Position numbers and translations under genes: made by a program. Shown piece after piece: positions 58,189 through 64,000 of a DNA stretch of 64,000 bases. Location: contig CAVTJJ010000004.1 in the NCBI GenBank assembly GCA_963735035.1, positions 1,120,001-1,184,000 of the forward strand, written 5' to 3'. The stretch's first letter is position 1. Each line of letters opens with the position of its first letter. A model generated the notes under the pieces. The model was not told the DNA's origin. It did no database searches and was given only the letters and a program-made list of their open reading frames with translations. The DNA is from an uncultured candidate division Zixibacteria bacterium (GTDB lineage: Bacteria > Zixibacteria > MSB-5A5 > GN15 > FEB-12).

Positions 58189-60891
58189 GTGAGATTCTTA
58201 ACCATTCTTAGTGCAGTTCTCGTTTTGTCCGCCGGCCAGGTGTCGGCGCAACTGGCCGAAACCTACCAGGTTGAGGCTGGACGATTGACCGGGCTCGGCT
58301 CCAGCGTGGCGGTGGCTATTACCGACCACGGAGCTAATCCGGCCGGGGTCTGGCTGGCGACAGGTCACGGGGTAAGCTATTCATTTGACCAGGGGGTGAG
58401 TTGGTATGTGAACAACTCAGCCAGCGGCCTTCCGGCCGACAACCTTTCGGCTATCTTTTCCCTCCCGATGTCATCCGGCCCAGGACGGATCTGGGTAGCC
58501 AGCAATCACAGCAAGCTTATAAGCGGACTCCTGACCACTTTGTCCGACGGGCTCAGCTACTCGGACGACAACGGCGATACATGGACCACGCTGGATTTCA
58601 GTCCGAGTGGCTTGAACATCCCATACGTCATCGGGGGAGATCGCATTACCTATGACCTCACAGGTCATCACGATGTCGGCTTCCTGAACAACTTGACGAA
58701 TGATACTACCGATTGGATGTTTGCCGCATCTTTCGCCGGAGGGTTGCTGGCCTCTCAGGATGGCGGTATTCACTGGCGGCGGATCTACGCATCGCGCAGT
58801 GATTCGATTCAGTACAACACCACGACCCAGGCCCCGTCGCTGCGCAATCTCTATTTTTCTTGTGTGGCCGATACTTCGCACGGCGATTCGCTTTTCTTGT
58901 GGACCGGCACGGCGGCGGGCATATTCCAATATGTCTTCGCTCCTCCGCGTGAGAAACTGTATTCTCGCTGGATCAACCGGTTAGATATAGCCTCTTGTGA
59001 CACGTGCCCCGCCGGGGAGGGCTCTCGCGTCTTCATCGGCGGCCGATCCGGCTTGAGTCTGGCCTCGACTTTGGGCGGAGCGATTCAGTCGCGCTTCGCC
59101 GTAGATGGACTCCCGATTGCGGGTACGGATGTTGTATCGGTTTTCAGTATCGGTGACAAGCTTCTCGCCGGGACAGTGAAGCCGAACACGGACAGTTCTA
59201 CCGGGATGGTGGTCTCAGCCGACGGAGGCCAGACGTTCGAACTTGTAGCCGGCCAACCTACGGCGTTCATTGGAAACGATGTCATCTCAGACTTCGCCAA
59301 ATTGGGTGGCCGCGTTTATGCAGCGGTTCAGTCGGCGGGATTGTACGTGTCCCCGGATTCCGGGTCGAGCTGGTCTAAGTTGCCGCTCGATCTGTTGTAC
59401 ACCAGCGACGCTCTTCTTACTGCGAATTCAGTAAGTGCTGCCGGTGACACTCTCTTCGTGGGCACCGACTCAGGGCTCGTGCAATTGACTCTCGATCCGA
59501 CCGGTGATATCGTGGGAAATTCTCACGTGCCTTTCGTAGACAGCGACAGCTCCGGGGCCCGGATAGTACGAATCAGGCGCCAGGTGTGGGATAGTCACCT
59601 ACATGATACCCTCACTCCGGTACATGACGAAATTCTCTGGACGGTTCATCAGCCGCTTTCCGCCAGCGGCAGGTCCATGGTCGGTCGGTTCGGCCCGGAG
59701 CTAGATACGATTATCGCCAAGATCGATACTCCGACCGTGATTCCGCTGCATATCGACACGACCTATGCACTTGACACCCTCGGTTTCTCGTGGCGTCATT
59801 TTCGAATCGGGGCTGATGTTTACGATGTGAATTTCTTCGGCGATACGACCTTCTTCACGGGCGAAAACAGCATCATGTTCACACCGCGCATCGCGGAACC
59901 GACCAATTTCTTCTATGCGCGCCAGCTCTTCCATGATACGCTGGTGGTTGACAACCTCGACAATGATACCGTCACGACGATGGAAGTTCGTGGGGATACA
60001 GTCATCTTCGGCTGCTCGAACGGAATTGCAATTTCCAATAATCGTGGTGCCAACTTTGTAATCTACCGCGCCAATCGCGATACACTCTCGGCCGATTTTG
60101 TGGTAAACCATTCGTATCTGACATCGCTCGGCGGTCTGGCCGGCGATTTCGTTCCGTCCCTGGGAGTCCAATATCGAAGCGGCCAGCCGGCTCGTATCTG
60201 GGCGGGGTGCCGGCCGGCAGACTTCGGTGATATCGGAATTTCCTACGGTGAGTATGATACGGCTGGGATTCTGAACTGGCAGACGGTGTTCTCCGACGAC
60301 TTCGCCTGGAACTTCGAATTTCTCGGCGATACGGCTTTGGCTGCGACCAACGTCGGACTTCTTCTCAACAATGGTGTTCTGGATAGTCTGAATACTGATT
60401 GGGGCACGGTGTCGCTTACCGATCCGACCGGCCAAGTACTTGTCGAGCCGGGGACGGCCGCGTATGGTTTGAGTCTGGTCGATTCTAACGTATGGGTCGG
60501 GACCGATGGCGGTACGGTAAGGCTCAGTCGGAATGAACTGGTCGCAGAGCAGCTTTACAAACGGGTTGACTCGACCACGCCATCCGATGAGATATACGCC
60601 TTCCCGGTACCGTTCCGGCCAGGTCTGGGACAGACAGTCGATTTTCACTTTGTGGTCAAGAAGTCGGCTAACGTTACCGTCAGCGTTTATGATTTCGCTA
60701 TGAATCTGGTGGCGACACCTATCGATAATGTCTATCTCGAAGCCGGTATCTATCCTCCCGCCGACCGTCCGGGCTCGGCCTGGAACGGCTACAACGACAA
60801 GGGGGATCTGGTGGCGGTTGGAGTGTACTATTTCAAGATCGAAGACGGCTCGGGCGAATCTCGCTGGGGCAAACTGGCCGTGATACCGTAA
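58189..60891 (+). CDS. Secreted BNR/beta-propeller protein with FlgD/T9SS-type CTD (PorZ-like architecture)
   Basis: Signal peptide from GTG 58189, Asp-boxes (SDDNGDTW, SQDGGIHW, SADGGQTF, SPDSGSSW), and CTD IYAFPVPF...WNG.N..G..VA.GVYY...GKLAVIP. Confidence 0.75.
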   Translation: MRFLTILSAVLVLSAGQVSAQLAETYQVEAGRLTGLGSSVAVAITDHGANPAGVWLATGHGVSYSFDQGVSWYVNNSASGLPADNLSAIFSLPMSSGPGRIWVASNHSKLISGLLTTLSDGLSYSDDNGDTWTTLDFSPSGLNIPYVIGGDRITYDLTGHHDVGFLNNLTNDTTDWMFAASFAGGLLASQDGGIHWRRIYASRSDSIQYNTTTQAPSLRNLYFSCVADTSHGDSLFLWTGTAAGIFQYVFAPPREKLYSRWINRLDIASCDTCPAGEGSRVFIGGRSGLSLASTLGGAIQSRFAVDGLPIAGTDVVSVFSIGDKLLAGTVKPNTDSSTGMVVSADGGQTFELVAGQPTAFIGNDVISDFAKLGGRVYAAVQSAGLYVSPDSGSSWSKLPLDLLYTSDALLTANSVSAAGDTLFVGTDSGLVQLTLDPTGDIVGNSHVPFVDSDSSGARIVRIRRQVWDSHLHDTLTPVHDEILWTVHQPLSASGRSMVGRFGPELDTIIAKIDTPTVIPLHIDTTYALDTLGFSWRHFRIGADVYDVNFFGDTTFFTGENSIMFTPRIAEPTNFFYARQLFHDTLVVDNLDNDTVTTMEVRGDTVIFGCSNGIAISNNRGANFVIYRANRDTLSADFVVNHSYLTSLGGLAGDFVPSLGVQYRSGQPARIWAGCRPADFGDIGISYGEYDTAGILNWQTVFSDDFAWNFEFLGDTALAATNVGLLLNNGVLDSLNTDWGTVSLTDPTGQVLVEPGTAAYGLSLVDSNVWVGTDGGTVRLSRNELVAEQLYKRVDSTTPSDEIYAFPVPFRPGLGQTVDFHFVVKKSANVTVSVYDFAMNLVATPIDNVYLEAGIYPPADRPGSAWNGYNDKGDLVAVGVYYFKIEDGSGESRWGKLAVIP

Positions 60892-60902
60892 AGGAGTTTG
60901 GT

Positions 60903-61883
60903 ATGATCAGATTGATTTATTATCTGGGACTCTGTTTGCTTGTGGCCGGTGGTGCTTGTGCGGGAGACGGTGACGGTGGCTATGCCGCGCCGTGGCTCCA
61001 GGTGCCGATAGGCGCACGGCCTACTGCGATGGGCGGTGCCTACCTGGGGATTTCCGATGACGGGGCCGCGCCTTTGTTCAATCCGGCCGGACTCGCCAGG
61101 CTTGAAAAGTCCATGTTTTCATCGTCCTACCGGGCTATGACGCTCGACCGGAAACTCGGCTATGTGACCGCCGTTACGCCGGTGCGGGGGGAATCCACGC
61201 TCGGAGTACACTGGCTCTACGCGGGAAGCGGTTCGGTGCCGGCACGCGACGGCGACGGCTATCTGACCGGGCACGACATTTCTATGAACGCCCATAATAT
61301 CGCGATTGTCTTTGCCAAGATGCTCACGCCGTACTTGTCGGCGGGAGTGAACCTCAACTACATTCTGATCGATATGCCGGAACTGGACGCCAACTCGGTT
61401 GGTTTTGATTTTGGCGCCATGCTCTATATCGAGCAGCTTTTCGATCGCGAGAACCGCGACGCCCTGGCTGTTCGCGATCTGCAGGTAGGCGTGGTAGCGA
61501 AGAACTTCAGCAAGAGTTTCAAGTACGTCAGCGATAAGTACAACATGAAATATACCTCCTTGGCAGCCGGCACTACGCAGGAAGACAAGGCGCCTATTGA
61601 GATGGGCATAGGCGCGTCCGGTCGCTTCCTGGACCGGACCCTGGTACTCGCCTCCGATTTGGTCAAGACGAAGAACCAGAGCCTACGCTTCCACGGGGGC
61701 GCCGAGTATTTCGTGACCGAGCAGTTCATGCTCCGGGGCGGCTATTCGGATAAACGTCTGACCGCCGGTACCGGATACCTGTTCAAGCTGGGGCAGAACG
61801 CTCTGGCGATAGACTATGCGTTCTCTACTGACAAGGTCGACGAAGGATCTGAACACATATTCTCCTTCGACCTTATGTTCTAA
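60903..61883 (+). CDS. PorV/PorQ-family outer-membrane beta-barrel
   Basis: GARPTAMGGAY...FNPAG, DYAF and terminal Phe. Confidence 0.85.
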   Translation: MIRLIYYLGLCLLVAGGACAGDGDGGYAAPWLQVPIGARPTAMGGAYLGISDDGAAPLFNPAGLARLEKSMFSSSYRAMTLDRKLGYVTAVTPVRGESTLGVHWLYAGSGSVPARDGDGYLTGHDISMNAHNIAIVFAKMLTPYLSAGVNLNYILIDMPELDANSVGFDFGAMLYIEQLFDRENRDALAVRDLQVGVVAKNFSKSFKYVSDKYNMKYTSLAAGTTQEDKAPIEMGIGASGRFLDRTLVLASDLVKTKNQSLRFHGGAEYFVTEQFMLRGGYSDKRLTAGTGYLFKLGQNALAIDYAFSTDKVDEGSEHIFSFDLMF

Positions 61884-61896
61884 GAGGTGACATTTG

Positions 61897-62790
61897 ATGA
61901 CGAATCGTGTGTTGGCGGTTGTGCTGTTGATGTTCGTGCTTACCGGTCTGGCCTATGGCCAGGACGGCCTGGCTCTAATGAAAGTCGAGACGGGAGCTCG
62001 TGAGGCCGGTATGGCCGGGGCGTCGGTATCATTGTCGGGTGCGCCGAACGCGGTCTTCTACAATCCTGCCGCCGCAGCCGGCGCCGAGAAATTCGGCTTT
62101 TCATTCGGCCACAACTCCTATTGGGAGAACATTCGCATAGAGACCGGCTACTTTGTCGGCAATCTCGGCGAACGCACGGCCATCCACGGGGGCATCCGCT
62201 ACGGCGCGGTCGACAATCTCGAGAGCCGCCTGATTCCGTCCGCGGAGCCCGACGCATTCTTCTCCGCGTACGATGTTTCCTTCAAGGGTGGACTGAGCTA
62301 CGAAGCCACTCAGAAACTGGCCTTCGGACTCGCGGTCGGATGGTACATCGAAAAGATCGATATCTACCGTGGCTCCGCCTTCAACATCGATTTCGGAACA
62401 CTCTATAGGGCCACCCCTCAGATGACCCTGGGGGCGTCGGTGACTAATCTGGGTTCGACGCTTTCGCTGGCTACATCAGGGAAGCCGGGCTCCGAAGACA
62501 TATCGCTCCCGACTACTTATCGCTTCGGCGGTTCGTATCGGTATCAGAGGTATCTCGGCGCGGTGGACGCAGTGATTGTCGATGATGAATTTCATCTCCA
62601 TGTGGGAGCCGAAGCCGACCTGCACGAAGCCTTTGCGGTTCGCGCCGGGTATATGTTCGGTTACGACACGAAGAACCTGACCGCCGGGGCCTCGTTCACG
62701 CATCGCAACGTGACGGTGGACTACGCTTTCGTGCCGTATTCAAGTGATCTCGGAACGTCCCATCTATTCAACCTGACCTTTACGCTTTGA
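61897..62790 (+). CDS. PorV/PorQ-family outer-membrane beta-barrel
   Basis: GAREAGMAGA...YNPAA, LPTTYRFG and DYAFVPY..LG.SH.F motifs. Confidence 0.85.
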   Translation: MTNRVLAVVLLMFVLTGLAYGQDGLALMKVETGAREAGMAGASVSLSGAPNAVFYNPAAAAGAEKFGFSFGHNSYWENIRIETGYFVGNLGERTAIHGGIRYGAVDNLESRLIPSAEPDAFFSAYDVSFKGGLSYEATQKLAFGLAVGWYIEKIDIYRGSAFNIDFGTLYRATPQMTLGASVTNLGSTLSLATSGKPGSEDISLPTTYRFGGSYRYQRYLGAVDAVIVDDEFHLHVGAEADLHEAFAVRAGYMFGYDTKNLTAGASFTHRNVTVDYAFVPYSSDLGTSHLFNLTFTL

Positions 62791-62808
62791 GATAGGAGAA
62801 TCACTGTC

Positions 62809-63927
62809 ATGGCGAAGTACAAGATTGCCTGGCTGCCCGGTGATGGAGTCGGCAACGACGTCATGGAAGCGGCCAAGATTGTCCTCAACAGGATCAAACT
62901 CGATGCGGAATATCCACACGGCGATATCGGTTGGGAGTTCTGGAAGAGTGAAGCCAATCCGCTTCCCGATCGGACCATCAAACTCCTGAAGGAGTGCGAC
63001 TGTGCGCTGTTCGGTGCGATTACCTCGCTCCCAAAAGAAGAATCCGAAAACGAACTCGCCCCGCAATTTCGCGGCAAGGGGCTGGTGTACAATTCGCCAA
63101 TCGTGCGGATGCGCCAGGAGTTCAATCTTCGCACCAATCTTCGCCCGTGCAAGGGATATCCCGGCAATCCGTTGAACTACAAAGAAAATATCGATCTGGT
63201 GGTGTTCCGCGAAAACACCGAAGGTCTTTATGTCGGGATTGAGTTCCATCCGGTGCCGGATGAAGTGCGTCAGGTGCTCAAGCAATACAATAAGAAGATG
63301 GCTCGGTTCGACGCAGTCGACGGCAAGGACATGGCGATTTCGCTCCGCCTGAACACGCGTCAGGCCTGCCGGAACATCATAACTGATGCTTTCGAGCACG
63401 CCAAGAAACACGGCTACCAGAGTGTGGCGATAGTCGAAAAGCCGAACGTCATTCGTGAGACCTCCGGCCTAATGGTTCGCACCGCCCGCGAAGTGGCGAA
63501 GAAATATCCTGGCATTCCGCTCTTTGAGGCCAATATCGACGCCATGTGCATGTGGCTGTTGAAGAATCCGCTCGACTACGGCGTGATTGTGACGTCGAAC
63601 ATGTTCGGCGATATCATTTCTGACCTGTGTGCGCAGTTGGTGGGTGGGCTCGGTTTTGCGGCGTCGGGGAACATCGGCGACAAGCTGGCGGTGTTCGAGC
63701 CGACCCATGGTTCGGCGCCGAAGTACGCCGGTCAGTACAAGGTCAATCCGATGGCGATGCTGCTTTCAGTGAAGCTGATGCTTGACTGGTTGAACGAAAG
63801 TTCGAAAGCGCACTCGCTCGAAGATGCAATTGCGGCGGTTGTCCGAGAGGGAAGAGTCCGCACCTACGATATGGGCGGCAAGAATACGACCCTCGAGGTG
63901 GCCGAAGCCGTAGCGGCGAAGTTGTAG
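62809..63927 (+). CDS. Isocitrate/isopropylmalate (beta-decarboxylating) dehydrogenase family enzyme
   Basis: PGDGVG, RENTEGLY, K.NV, NMFGDIISD and EPTHGSAP motifs. The substrate cannot be assigned. Confidence 0.9.
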   Translation: MAKYKIAWLPGDGVGNDVMEAAKIVLNRIKLDAEYPHGDIGWEFWKSEANPLPDRTIKLLKECDCALFGAITSLPKEESENELAPQFRGKGLVYNSPIVRMRQEFNLRTNLRPCKGYPGNPLNYKENIDLVVFRENTEGLYVGIEFHPVPDEVRQVLKQYNKKMARFDAVDGKDMAISLRLNTRQACRNIITDAFEHAKKHGYQSVAIVEKPNVIRETSGLMVRTAREVAKKYPGIPLFEANIDAMCMWLLKNPLDYGVIVTSNMFGDIISDLCAQLVGGLGFAASGNIGDKLAVFEPTHGSAPKYAGQYKVNPMAMLLSVKLMLDWLNESSKAHSLEDAIAAVVREGRVRTYDMGGKNTTLEVAEAVAAKL

Positions 63928-64000
63928 GATTGTAGGTCGAAACCAGGCCGCTTCGGACGGTTTCGACATGCTTCGTGACGTGATCTATATGAAACGGCTA

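Overview
This is a moderately GC-rich core-genome segment from a diderm bacterium. The gene content (four PorV/PorQ-like barrels, three proteins with T9SS/FlgD-type C-terminal domains, LptE, a peptidase-PD40-Omp85 fusion) suggests the FCB superphylum, possibly Zixibacteria-like; this is an inference. Housekeeping genes include a Lon-family protease, murA, hutU, hutI, aspS-phoH-7TM-HD-ybeY-CBS, fur-feoAB, ecfT-truA-tal-purB-psd-pssA-purS-purQ-tatA, etfA and a beta-decarboxylating dehydrogenase. They alternate with envelope and secretion genes: a TonB-dependent receptor-PorV-lipoprotein operon, S8 and M6 proteases, a GT-C/TPR glycosyltransferase, a PKD lipoprotein, and a PorZ-like gene followed by two PorV/PorQ genes. 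There is also an FHA/phosphoesterase/CHASE2-kinase module. I found no rRNA, tRNA, CRISPR array or transposase. The best candidate for an undescribed system is a self-contained two-gene unit at 21050-24553: a small secreted peptide (mature N-terminus GEHPWD) followed by a TPR-GAF-sigma54 activator. A palindromic operator overlaps its promoter, and a good sigma54 promoter lies upstream of the secreted S8 protease. Seven single-base +1 shifts, one of them in essential aspS, are probably sequencing errors.
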